Shown here one piece after another: positions 38,770-51,630 of a DNA stretch of 64,000 nt. Position 1 is the first letter of the stretch; each line of letters starts with the position of its first letter. Made by a program: the position numbers and the translations under genes. This DNA is from Octopus bimaculoides (lineage: Eukaryota). The stretch spans positions 68,616,670-68,680,669 of the forward strand of contig NC_068986.1 in NCBI RefSeq assembly GCF_001194135.2, written 5' to 3'. The notes below the pieces were generated by a model that had not been told where the DNA came from, did not search any database, and saw only the letters and a list, made by a program, of their open reading frames with translations.

Positions 38770-38956
38770 TGACAAACAGAAATCTCTTCACAGAAAAATT
38801 ATCAAAATCTACCAACACAATCAGGACTATTGTACAACTTGCAATAAATATGGTCAGGAATACTTCAAGCTCCAGTTTCAAAACTCATTAATTTTATATG
38901 AAGTTGCTGAAATTAAAGCATCCAATGTAATGGGAAAAAGTATCGATGATATACAA
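38770..38956 (+). CDS. Candidate exon, phase 2 to 0: DKQKSLHRKIIKIYQHNQDYCTTCNKYGQEYFKLQFQNSLILYEVAEIKASNVMGKSIDDIQ (weakly TPR-like)
   Basis: Acceptor ctatttcag|, donor CAA|gtaagc, open frame in unique DNA. Confidence 0.35.
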
Positions 38957-40211
38957 GTAAGCCACATGATGAATCTATCCATAATTTCATTTTTGTCCAT
39001 TTCTTAGTTCTTTTTATTTATTTTATCAGTTATCTCATGCTTTTCTTCTCTTATACCAACCACCCCTCACACAACTTCTCTTATTCTCTCTTTCTTCTTC
39101 TTAGTTGCCTCACATAGTTAATATGCACAAAACAATTAATTGTACAATGTATGCTTTATGTGAAAGCGCATAGCTTCGTGGTTAGATATAACTACATAAA
39201 ATGTAACATATAAGTAAATAAAAGAAATATAAAATAAATCAGAGCATGAAATAATATTCGACAACAATATTATCTAACCATTGCTCCTGTATTCACTCTG
39301 AAATAATAAGTACCAACTTAAAATTCCAAACAGAAACAGCTTCCAAGGTTTGATCATGCTGTTATTTGAGAAGCCTTAAATATTTTATTATGATTAGTCT
39401 CCATGATACTGAATATTTCATTAATAGCATGCTGAATGAATTAAACTTGCTGGTTTGAATATATTTTGTATTTTTTACTTAGTTATTAGACAAATCCATG
39501 CTTAATGAATGTCATATGGGTAGCATTGTCTGCTATTACAAAACAGGTAATTCACTGATGAGAAAAATGATTCAATGAGTTGAAAACAAGTAATAAATTT
39601 GTAAGTTATGCATGTCAAGGTTGGGGAAGCTTCATGCAACTCTTAGGAAAAAACCCTATCTACATTTCAAAGTGGAGACCAATAGTATAAACAACCTAGA
39701 GAAATACCAACAAATTGTGTACACATGCATACACACATATCTGTGTGTGTGGCAGGAGGGGGGGGGGGTTCCATTTGGTTTCTTCTCTGGCAATTGACCC
39801 CACACATATTTGTCTGTGGAGATTAACTGCTACTGGCAACATCATTTCTGTTTGGTAATACAACTTCCAGGAAGATATACTTCATTTTTGTCTTCAATCT
39901 TCACAGTATAATTATACAGAAAATGACTGCAGACTTTACAAACTGTAAAGAGTTAGCAGACAGTGACTCTGATCTTTGAAGTAGCTCACAACATAGCCCC
40001 TCCACTATGGTCTCTCTCTCTCCTCTCATCGCTGCTATTGTGTCTCACCTCCCAAATCCTGACTAAACACTTTTCCCAATCATTTGTCCTGAGACCAAAA
40101 CCTTTTGGAATTTTGCTGTGTTATTCAGTAGGTGTTTTGATTCGCTTACAATGTTTTCAATTAAGACATAAATATCAAAATCTCCTACTTATTACCCTAG
40201 TATTCCTCAAA

Positions 40212-40548
40212 AGACACATGGCTCAGTGCTTAGAGTGTTGGGTTCACAGTCATGAAGTAGTGAGTTTGATTCCTGGACTGGGCTGTATGTTGTGTTCTTG
40301 AGCAAGACACTTAATTTCACGCTGCTCCAGTTCACTCAGCTGTAGAAATGAGTTGCAACGTCACTGGTGCCAAGATATATCAGCATTTGCCTTTCCCTTG
40401 GATAACATCAGTGGCATGGGGAGGGGAGGCTGGTATGCATGGGTGACTGCTGGTATTCCATAAACAACCTTGCCCGGACTTGCACTTTGGAGGGAAACTT
40501 TCTAGGTGCAATCCCATGGTCATTCATGACTGAAGAGGTCTTTACCCT
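40212..40548 (+). mobile_element. tRNA-derived SINE, distinct family (V/CORE-like central motif)
   Basis: Head tggctcagtgcttagagtg...gagtttgattcc; core gtgttcttgagcaagacacttaatttcac...cactcagctgtagaaatgagt. Confidence 0.8.
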
Positions 40549-40774
40549 TTTTTTTTTTTATATCCCTCAAATATCTGAAACTTCATGCTGATGTTAAAAT
40601 GGATCATAAGCAAATAAGAGTTATTAGTAGAAGTTAGTATATGAAGAAATTCAAAGCTTAACGTGAGAGCAGAAATACAGGAGATGTCTGCAGTAAGGAA
40701 ACAAAATATAATTTGTTCTGACAAATCCTTTTCATGCCAGTATGAAAAATGGCAAATATATTCATGCTACTCAC

Positions 40775-40798
40775 CACTTCGGTATATATTTGGGATAT
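40775..40798 (-). CDS. Candidate 24-nt microexon ATATCCCAAATATATACCGAAGTG
   Basis: Acceptor ctgttatttctttattttag|, donor GTG|gtgagt; all three frames open. Confidence 0.5.
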
Positions 40799-41584
40799 CT
40801 AAAATAAAGAAATAACAGTAGTTGATTAAGAGAGTTAGTACTGTTTCATCAAATTACTATTTTACTGTATGTTGTTATTTCTACTTCATTAGAAATAACA
40901 ATTACTCTAATAAAGTGAAGATTTAATTATTTCCCATAGCATTGCTATGTTTAAATGCAATTGTTCATCATATATTTAAATGACCTTGATTAATTTTTTA
41001 ACTTGGTGGGACAAACTGCTGGGTAGGCATCTCATTTTCAATATCCTGTGTAGAGATTTCAGCTCAAAATTCCAAGAGGCTGAAATACTCATTAAATTAC
41101 ACAGTATCATCCATAATAGGAACTTGTGCCTCCCTACAATATCCTTTATTTTTATTATTGATATTATTAATAATTTTAGTCAGGAAGATGGGAAGGTCAA
41201 TGTGGTTAACATTCATCTTGAACAACTGCAAGAAGACATCTGCAGGAAACACATAGACAAGGAGAGATTACTCTAGGGAAGAAGGATTGGAGAAATGTAA
41301 GTGACAAGAGAAGGACAAATAAATGTGTTAGCTGGTTGGGGTGGAAGGGGTACAGAACTAACTCCCTGAAGTAGGGGCCACTGTCACAGAAAAGCAATGC
41401 AGGAAAACACCCATCCAAAGACCAGAGGGTCAAATATGTTGGTGAGTGACTCCACGTCAATCAATCAAATGTCCCTTTTACTTTCTTTCTTTTTTTTAAT
41501 GACATTACAGATTGATATATTAGGCCATTGAAAGTTAAAAACGTTTTCTTAGAAATAATGCTAGTGGCAAGGTACACAAATACT

Positions 41585-41800
41585 GATTTCAAATTTTGGC
41601 ACAGGGCAACAAGTTCAGGGCAGGGAGTAAGCTGATCATATCGATCCCAGTGCTCAACTGGTACTTATTTTATTGACCCTGAAAGGATGAAAGACAAAGT
41701 CAACCTCGGCGGAATTTGAACTCAGAATGTAGAGATGACTGAAATACTACTAAGCATTTGGCTTGGCATGCTAATGATTCTGCCAGCCCACTGCCCTCAG
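41585..41800 (-). mobile_element. SINE family C
   Basis: ggatgaaagacaaagtcaacctcggcggaatttgaactcagaa. Confidence 0.85.
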
Positions 41801-42254
41801 ATACACAAATATTGTCAAACAAAAGTGTCTACCAACCACTCAATTGGCTAATGAAATGATTCATTACTGATCTAAGTTTTAAAATATTTCTAATTTTTTG
41901 ACATTGGCAAGATTTGCTGTGACATATCACTACACCTCACGATCTTGTCTCCATTACATCTATGATATCAAAGATCAGATTAAATATACACCATTGAACA
42001 GTGCTTCTGAAATTTAAAACTGTAAAATGAACTTAGCTGTCTACTAGTTTATATTTCTGAGTGCAAACCTGCTACCACAGACACTTTTATAATTTTTATT
42101 AACCTTGCTTTGTGGGTGACTAGTTCTAAGTGCCATAACGGGTGCATGTAGCTTGTGGGTTTCTTTGATTGACTGACTAATATACTAATATCTCAGTGAT
42201 TTCCAGCATTATCCAACATTTGAAGTCCTTTAGTTTGTTTTTATCTCTATGGTG

Positions 42255-42647
42255 GGAGGCGCAATGGCCCAGTGGTTAGGGCAGCAGACTCGCGGTCATA
42301 GGATCGCGGTTTCGATTCCCAGATCGGGCGTTATGAATGTTTATTGAGCGAAAACACCTAAAAGCTCCACGAGGCTCTGGCAGGGGATGGTGGCGAACCC
42401 TGCTGTACACTTTCACCACAACTTTCTCTCACTCTTACTTCCTGTTTCCATTGTGCCTGTAATTTAAAGGGTCAGCCTTGTCACACTGTGTCATGCTGAA
42501 TATCCCCAAGAACTACGTTAAGGGTACACGTGTCTGTGGAGTGCTCAGCCACTTGCACGTTAATTTCACGAGCAGGCTGTTCCGTTGATCGGATCAACTG
42601 GAACCCTCGACGTCGTAAGCAACAGAGTGCCAACAACAACAACAACA
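42255..42647 (+). mobile_element. SINE family B, full-length, 12-bp TSD
   Basis: ATCTCTATGGTG at 42243-42254 and 42648-42659; (CAA)n tail. Confidence 0.96.
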
Positions 42648-43859
42648 ATCTCTATGGTGATAAAATCAATTCAGAAAAATTGCTATTCTTACACAATACT
42701 AATAATGTTAGTAGCTTATAGTACTAGTAAAACTGTGTTAAGTATAAGGATTACAGGGAAAATGTTTCAACAGTTCAAAACATGCAGTTTTAGTTACTGT
42801 ACCTAACCTTTCAGTTGAGCAGACCAACATTAGGAAGACTTCAATGACCACAGCATCTTACTTACCTACCTCTTACTTACCTACAATATAGCAATACTAA
42901 AACATTAATTTCAAAAACAGAATCATGTTCAATAACATATTAGAAGTAATTGATGTTATTATTGCGAAGGTGTCAGTTGTTATGCTGGTGATGATAAGAG
43001 CTCTGATGATGATGATATCAGTACTGCACGATAAATATTTTTCCAAGAAAGTATAAAAGACATACTTAAGACTTTTTTTTTTATCTCTTGTACTTTTGTT
43101 TTTTGAAAATGAAATTAGAGAAAATATTCATGAAATATTTATGGAATTTTGAAAATTACAAAAATAAATTCTTAAACTATACTAAGAATTTCAAGAAGCA
43201 AATGCCCAAATTGGGATACCAGTATGAATATGTTTTTTTCTAAGTTAATCAGAGTTTCAAAAATTATTTCACACATACTTTAAATAATTGGTTCTATTTT
43301 TAATTATTTACTAGGAATGTAATTAGAATAACTGTCCAATAATATATTCAGTTTGATATTAGATATAGGTGCAGGCTTGGCTCGATGGTTAAGAACTTTG
43401 TTTCACAACCACATGACTTTGAGTTCAGTTCAGTCCTACTGTGCAACACCTTATACAAGTGTCTTCTAGTACAACTCTTGGTTGATTACTGTCTTGTAAG
43501 ACAAAACCTACTGTGTGTGTGGGCCTGTGTATGTCTGCATAGGTTTTTAGAAATCATCAAGTCACTGGTTATTTATTTATACACAAAATATAAAATACAA
43601 AGTGATTGACAATGAATAAGTAAATATTTTAAACTACGATATCACTGATACATATTTTTTGTAGGATCCACAGTTGTGTGGGAAAGTTATTGTATTTTTT
43701 GTTCATTAAGGTTGTTGGTTGTCCAGTCATTTGCACTTTTTCTGATATCAAAATAAGAGTTGAGTATAGTCTGTTAAGATTTTTTAAAGTATTACCAATG
43801 GAGCCCTATTATACCAGCATTATTTATATTATATATTAAAAGGCAAGTTGTACTCCACA

Positions 43860-44175
43860 TCTGATGCTTCTTATGTCCAACTTTTCTCTCAGGGTGCTTA
43901 CACTCTGTCATGTATGTACACTGACATTACACATCCAGCGAAGCATACTAGCTTCATTTCTTTCAAGTCTATGTATGTCCTCAGCCGTCACAGCCCATGT
44001 TTCACTGTCATATAGCATGGTTGTTTGCATACAGGCATCATACAGTCTACCTTTCACTCTGAGTGAGAAGCCCTTTGTTACCAGCAGAGGTAGGATCTCT
44101 CTGAACTTTGCCCAGCCTATTCTTATTCTAGCAGTTATGCTCTCAGAGCATCCACCCACCACTAGTGACTTGGTC
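43860..44175 (-). mobile_element. Internal RTE LINE fragment
   Basis: ARIRIGWAKFREILPLLVTKGFSLRVKGRLYDACMQTTMLYDSETWAV. Confidence 0.9.
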
Positions 44176-44269
44176 ACCCATATATTTCTTAAAATTTGCT
44201 AAGATATTGATATTATTTACCTTTTTTATTGACATTTCATTATTAATGTATAATTGTCATCTTAGTTTA

Positions 44270-45206
44270 TTACATCATATTTCTGGACATAATGTCTCCA
44301 AAGAAGAGATCCTCCATTGGTCGAAAAATGGCAGTAGCAGAGAAATTGAAAAGAAGGAGAGCAAATGAATTGTCACATGAGTCTTCAATTAGACAATCAC
44401 AAACTGCCACATATACAGTTACTGCAAGAGCAATGGAAAGCGATGAGCAGTGTAGTATTTGCCTGGCCAGGAATGCTGCATTAACAGATTCAGGCAATCC
44501 CTCCCCACTTACCATGTCATTTCTTTCATGTACATTTCTCTCATGTGGAACTGTTGAATGCACCCACAGGCTTAATTTATCACATAGATCAGGGGTTTTC
44601 AAACTTTTTGACTTGCGGACCCCTTTATATTTCAGGCTTTACCTTAGGGACCTTATAAATGCTTATGAAATTTATACATAAATATTTGCTTAAAATAACA
44701 TATTTTTACATTTATTTATTTAACAGTATTTAACAAATAGGTTTATTGTCAATTAAAAGATTTCGATTAAAAAACATATATAAAATCAAATTGCCCATAA
44801 AAAGTATTTCCTGTCCATGGACCCCCTGTCTTGCCCTTGCGGACCCCCTGTGGTCCGGGGACCACAGTTTGAAAACCCTTGACATTGATGTAGTTCCTAT
44901 GTCTGCTGATTGTTCAGCATGGTAGCGGCAGCACCAACAGCTGCAAAGGATAGTATATCTACTGATAGCATTTTGGTGCATTCAAAAATCACATACTTGC
45001 CACCCACTTTTCCATGACAAGGTTAGGGCTTGGAATCTTCCAAACAGACAGATGACATGTCACTTAGTCAAGTTAGCCCTTCGTTTACTCCACAAAAGTT
45101 TGGTCGTCAATGCTGCACTTCCCTGTACCAAATGTTTCAACTTAAATGTACCATATATACAAACTATGACATTTAAATCTTGAGCAATGCTGGATATGTC
45201 TGCTAG
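44270..45206 (+). mobile_element. Probable Helitron relic; 5' end uncertain, possibly near 43825
   Basis: MSPKKRSSIGRKMAVAEKLKRRRANE...RAMESDEQCSICLARN resembles Helitron RepHel N-termini; GAGCAATGCTGGATATGTCTGCTAG|T gives a CTAG 3' end at 45203-45206 followed by T. Confidence 0.55.
44590..44881. mobile_element. hAT (Charlie-like) MITE, 292 bp
   Basis: TIR CAGGGGTTTTCAAACT / AGTTTGAAAACCCTTG; 8-bp TSD ACATAGAT / ACATTGAT. Confidence 0.92.
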
Positions 45207-48200
45207 TTAAAGATAAAGTCTTTGATTTCATTCCATGATTATGTTTGTTTAAAGCATTTACTATATACATTAATTTTTCAACATGTTTCAATAAACAGAA
45301 TTGTGAACAATTTCATGTGGCTCTTTCTTGTACATATACGAAGGGTATAACAAAGAATATAGTTTTCAAAGACGTTCTCTCCTAAGACTACATTTTCATT
45401 ATTATTTATGTGTGTTTTATACCATCTCCAGAATCAAATGCTTCAGAAAAAATGCAATTTCAAAAGAAATTATATTTCCTGTTTATATATCAACTTCAAC
45501 ATAACTGTGAAATTTCTGGGGATGTTACTAAATTCATCAAAAATAAAGTAAAATATGGGCAAAACATGGCCAAATGGCTAAAGAAATCTGCTTTGCAATC
45601 ACAAGGTTCTGGGTTCAATCTCACAACATAGCATCTTGGCAAGTGCCTTTTAACATAGCCTTAGGTCAACCCAAGCTTTGTGAGTGAAATTGTGAAGACA
45701 AGAATTGCTTGGCAGTCCATCAGATGGTTTTTTACATTTAATTCAAATGGCCAATCTTATCACACACTATGTCATGCTGATTCATCTTGCAGTTTACATT
45801 AAGGGTACAAATATCTGCAAAATACTCAGCAAATTTACACGTTAAGGTCATTCAGTTGATCAATTAACTGAATGCTCCTCATTGAGCTTGAGATAAAATC
45901 TGTTTTGTTTAGAAATAAAAGTTGTGTGCTTTAAAGGCTGAAAATTTATTCCAATTTCAAGCTTGTAAATGCACTCTGCTCAAAGCTCACCTTATTATCC
46001 AAATATTATAATGTTCCAGATTATGTGGTCTCATTTGCACATACCATAAGTATATGGTGTTGCTTCCCAAATAATTAAAGAATAAAGTACATTGCAAATT
46101 ATTCCAGTAAAGATATTTTGATAGTAAACGTTAGTAACCGTAATATGAAACAGAAAAACTGCAACAGGCCCAGTAACAGGATTTGAACCAGAAATCTATT
46201 ACTTACCAGTAACCACATTACTGATTATACCACAGAGGACTGCTATTCTTCTCAACGATTAGCAGAAACAATTTATAGCAAGTGTTCTATAGTATAATCA
46301 ATAAAAAAGTTTCTTGGCAAATGACAGATATACGATTCCTGCCCTGTCTTATGCACCTGTTATTCTTTTCAAATTGCTGCTTATATTGTCTTGATATTAT
46401 TTTCATTAACATTTTAAAAATTAATTCCAAATTTATATTTTCTTTAGTAATATTTCAGATTAGCATTCATTAAAAGGTTATGTAAATTCAACACTTGCAT
46501 GAATATTTAATACAAATCGCTTGCAGCTGGATGTTTTAATGTATCGAAAGTTCTGGCTTTAAATGAATTGTACATCTTTCCAGCAAAGTTACTTAAAGCG
46601 TTTAGGCTAATAAGTTATGTCTTAGGAATAATCCAGTGCTATCAGCAACATTTCAAGTAAATTTCAGTGGTTCGTTGTCCCAATTATTGCTTTATAGAAG
46701 CATCAAAAATATTAAAGATCAAAATTATGAGCACTGTAATGTACAAGTTAAGAAGCTATCAACAAAACTAATTTTCAATTCAGTTTCAATTCCTCTTCTT
46801 ACTTAAATCTGAAACCTTGAATTCAACACAAACAAATCTATAACTTCATTAAAAATTCTTAAGAATACATGCCAGAGAGGATCTGAATCCTACAAGATAA
46901 CCAGATTTCTAATGTTAATTTTGTTTTAAATATTTCAAAAATATTCAAAAAGATTTACAGAATACTGAATAGTAACTATAAAAGTCATTTTAAATGATTG
47001 GTAATGAAACTAGAGGCTGTATTATGCATAGATAATTAAAATATAATAACATGATTCTTAAATCAATAAACGATTGAAGGAATATTGTAGGACATATTCC
47101 ATTAAGAGAAAAATCTCATTTGTCATAGAGACAGAATGAATAACACCAAGAAATAGTTCATTCTTAAAGCCGATAACACAATAAAACACAAACAACTACA
47201 TAAGTACATAAGAATTCTTTAAAATAATGTACATCAGTCTTTTATATTCTGCTGGCAAATAATAGTAGTCGCTCAAGCTTTTTTTTTTTTTTTTTAATAT
47301 TTCTTACATTTTGATATATATTGAAAGACAATGGACTAAAATGCATTTTAAAATGTCATAAGAATTTAGAGCATTCTGCACCAGACCATTCTAAAACACA
47401 AAATTATTATTCCATAAAATTTTTATTGAAATAAATAGATCAAAATTTTTTTATTGTCAAGAAATGTTCATACTTTAAAAGCTTATACATCATACCATGC
47501 ACACACATTCTATTCTACAAAGTGCAGATAAAAAGATTGTGGACTCAAAGAATTTGAAATATTGGTGCAACTCCAACAACATTCTGTCCTTAACCATATT
47601 CATGCCAAACTTTGAGGTAATCACACACAGGTTTAAAACTAAATAGTGAATTAAAATTAAATACAAATTGTTATTACATTAATATTATTTGAGATAATGT
47701 TTAAAAATGAATGGAAGCTGCCATTGCTCCTACTGACTAAAGTAAGCAAAGTGATGAGTTTCTGTGATAAGTTCAGTGTTTATGAACACATTAAACCTTT
47801 ATTAATGTCTGAACTCTTGCGACCATGTATTTAGTAGCTCAATACTGTAACTTTATTGTTATTGATCCTTGGAATGTCAGACATCAAAAAAAAAAAAAAA
47901 AGACAGACAGACAGACAGATGACTGAATAATTACGACCCTCAGAGAGATACTCTCTTGTAACTGTCCATCTCGCACCAGCATAAAGATTAAATATGATGC
48001 TAATGATGGTGGTTACCTAAATTCATGTGATTCACCATCATATGTTCTCAGATATTATTGCTAATGTCAATCTTTCTATCATTAAATGAGACGAATAGCT
48101 TTAAAAGGCAATAGTAGAATGTTTTTAACAGATTTTGAACTTGTAATCTCTAGTTCAGCAAATAAAGCTTTCAGTCACACACAATCATAATTTAAAGCTG

Positions 48201-48238
48201 AGGAGATAGAAAAACAAAAACAAAAAAATATACATTAC

Positions 48239-48294
48239 CATCAATCATCAAGAAAATGAACTTACCTAGAAAAAGAAAACAAAAAGGGAATAAA
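48239..48294 (-). other. Strong 3' splice site directly followed by GTAAGT: recursive-site or 27-nt microexon candidate
   Basis: tttattccctttttgttttctttttctAG|GTAAGT (25 of 27 pyrimidines before the AG); CTAATC branch-like motif near 48328; second donor ATG|gtaatg 27 nt downstream. Confidence 0.5.
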
Positions 48295-51200
48295 TTATTA
48301 TTATTATTATTATTATTATTCAGTTGATTAGAAATTGTGTATAGATACAATTTAGAATTGGTGAAAAAGAAAATTTAAAAAAAAAAGTATCTTTATATAT
48401 TTTCATCTTTAGTTTTAAAACTGATAGTTACCACTACATGAGTTGTTCCTTCTTAAGGTAAAGTTGGGCAATCTAGTAGACGGAGTCTACTTTCTAGTTT
48501 TTACTCACAACTGAAACCATTTTGCTTCATTGATATAACTAAGACTTTCAAAATAAAGTAACATTAGACATCACATGCAGTCATCTGAGGCAGAAGAGAG
48601 AAATCAGCCTACCAACGGAACTCACTCAGCAAAAAACTTGTAAGTACTGCATCAATCATTCAATGATATTTCTCTTCGTTTATAAATCTGAGGCATTATG
48701 TCAGTGTAATAAATCAATATTGCAGAGCTGCACAGTTCATGCCATTATAGAAAATTATATATAAACTAATTATAAAGAGGATGAACACAAGAAAAAAATA
48801 ATGAAATCAATGGTTTTAAAATATAAAATTTAAAAAATTTAAAGAAACAGCAAAAATATTGATGATATTTGATAAGATAGGGACAAATCAAGAAAGCAGA
48901 GCCAATTAGCAACTAGCAAGAATGAACATTAAAATTTAAAAAAAAAAAGAAAAAAAAATTAATTCAAAGACTAAGTTTTTAGATAGCTGAAGAGTTAATG
49001 AAATTTAATAATTGTCACAAATGATATCTGATTAATCTTTTCATTACATCCTGTTCTGTAATGGAATTTAAAATGTCATGCATGCTAGTTTAATTGGAGA
49101 TTCAATCAATTCGCCAGAAATTTCTTTATTATATTAATTTTATTTCATCAATATTATTAACAATCTTTTTTCAAACTTTATTATAAAAAAAACTTTTTTT
49201 TTTTTTTTTGAATAACAGAAAGGGACTCTGAATCATTAGCTCATGTGATTTCCAAGCAATGAAAGAGTGAGTAAATAGAAGGGATAGGACAAGGTTGGGT
49301 TACAAAATTATAAAAGTTATGTAATTACGTCAGAGTTCAATCTTATTCTTGATATTTAAAATGTGAACATCAGATCCTGGTAATATATCATTTTTCAGTT
49401 TGAATGCTTTAAGTCTATTCTACTTTATTTCCTTTTAATTATATCCAACTCCAACTACTATCCATTATTTAGGTCAGAAGTGCTTACTTTAAACAGTATA
49501 CAGATATACTCCTGAGACTAATTTGATATTATATTTTTATTGGGTTGAGTCATCTGTGTTATTTTTATTGGGTTGAGTCATCTGTATTGGGGCACAGCCT
49601 CCAAGAGTGTAGTGATTTTCATCAAGCTTCAGTAAATATTTTAGTGACCTTAAAAGGATAAAATGAAAAGTGAGCTTGGGAAGGATTAAAACTCAGAACA
49701 TAACCAAATACGAAACAGCAGAGCAGAATCAACTAATATCAATTATCCTGCCTAGGTTTTAACAGATAAAAACCTGTCATCAACAACTGGAGCATTTTTT
49801 CATGATTTTCAATTTCAATATTAAACATGTTCTTTTCTGTGACTTCATCTTCTGCTTCTACAAACACCTCAAAATATGCAAAAATATCGTAAATATTGTA
49901 ATTTATCGAATTCAGAAAATTTTTCATGTCGATGTAAATTATAGTAGATCCCCATCCCTCCTTGTGGAAGCAGAAGATGAAGATGAGACAGAAGATGAAA
50001 ATGAGGCAGAAGATGAAAAAGAATACATTGAAGTCGTATTTTAGAGTAATTTCATCACAGTCATTTAAAAGCTACCCGAAGAAGATACAATGAAAATTGT
50101 ATTTTATAGTTAATAAATAAGTAGAGGTATATTTTTTTCCACCACTTTTTCCATTTTTTTATGCATTTGTGGAATCAGAAGATATCACAGAGTTTTAGGA
50201 TTTTACACCAATTATTTTGATGTCCATTCACAACTTTTCCACAATACCCCAACCATAAAATCAAAAATCATGAAAAAAATCTCCACTTTACTGCATAATG
50301 CTGTTTAATTAAGCTAACTACTAATCTGTGCATGTTGCAACACTCTCGAACCTTATCTACTTGCGCATGCAAGAACAACTCCTTTCTAGTCTCTTTCACT
50401 GATAAGTAGGGCATTTTATAGTGGAAATATTAAAATATGGGTTAATGTGTAAACTTTGTCCTTCATTTTTAACTTCACTGTAATGAATTTTGCAACCATT
50501 TTTAATAGTATTTCACATTTCAGATAAATTGCAGTTCTCTATTACTACAAAACATATTGTGCTTGATACTCTGTGAAGTGATGTGATTCAATTATTGAAA
50601 TAATTATTTGTTCCAATCTCAAGTAACAAAAGCGATTACAGTTTTTTTGAATAGAGTGTACAGGATATATGCTACAGATGTGAAAACTTATTGGGTGAGT
50701 ACACACATATAGGCGCATTTATTCTTCCATGTATACTGTTATCATTATTCCCAAGTTCAACAAAACTATGTCATTTTGACATATGGGTAGAGGAATATAT
50801 TCAACCTACAAAGCAGATATAACCTTGAACACTTTTATTGTAACATAACAGATTGGGGTGACAGTAACTTGAAATATTCAGGCAATGAAATAATTCATAG
50901 CTCTTTGGAGTGCATTTGTTCAACAGATTTCTTAGAAATATCACAACTTACATTACTAACTATTCACTTAAAGATATAATACACATATATCGCAAAGTAT
51001 TCAAGATAATGAACTTAAGCGGTATTAAGGACACTTCTGGGTAGTTGTTAGATAGCTCAATATAGCAGCACTATCTTTCTTCTACAATAAACTCCCTATT
51101 TTCAAAATACAGATTAAGACATTATATTCCACTGTAAATTAGAAAAAGACTACAAGATCATTGAAAACAAAACTAATCTGACACTCATCTAATAACAGCA

Positions 51201-51630
51201 GTGACTTAGATTACATAAAATAAAGCATTAAGCCTATCTAAGACTGAAAAGTAAATCAGTGAACTCTAATGTTACTATTTAGCCTTAAGCAACTCATATT
51301 ATTTAAAACATAGTATACCTAGAACTACATATCTTTTCTTTTTTAAGAAGCTAGGGTATGATTTGAAGGAGATTTGACTGCTAGACAAGCAGCCACAGAG
51401 AGCCTCCCATCTTAGTTCATGGATTCTAATTTTCAAAATGGTGAAACGCAATCATTTTAATAATGCTAACGAATGCATACTTAGATGAACCTTCAAATTG
51501 AACTTAAAAAGATCAGTTAAGTGAAAAATCATACAAAAGCAGCTAACATTATATCAGTTTCTCATAAATATCTCTGTAAGGAATTCACCACAGGGTTCAG
51601 TCATTAATGTAGTGTAGCTCGTGTACTTCA

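Noticed and set aside
41180-41470. Plus frame after a good acceptor (SQEDGKVNVVNIHLEQLQED...)
   Set aside because: Runs into stops and ends in a (TCAA)n tail, more consistent with an old LINE 3' end.
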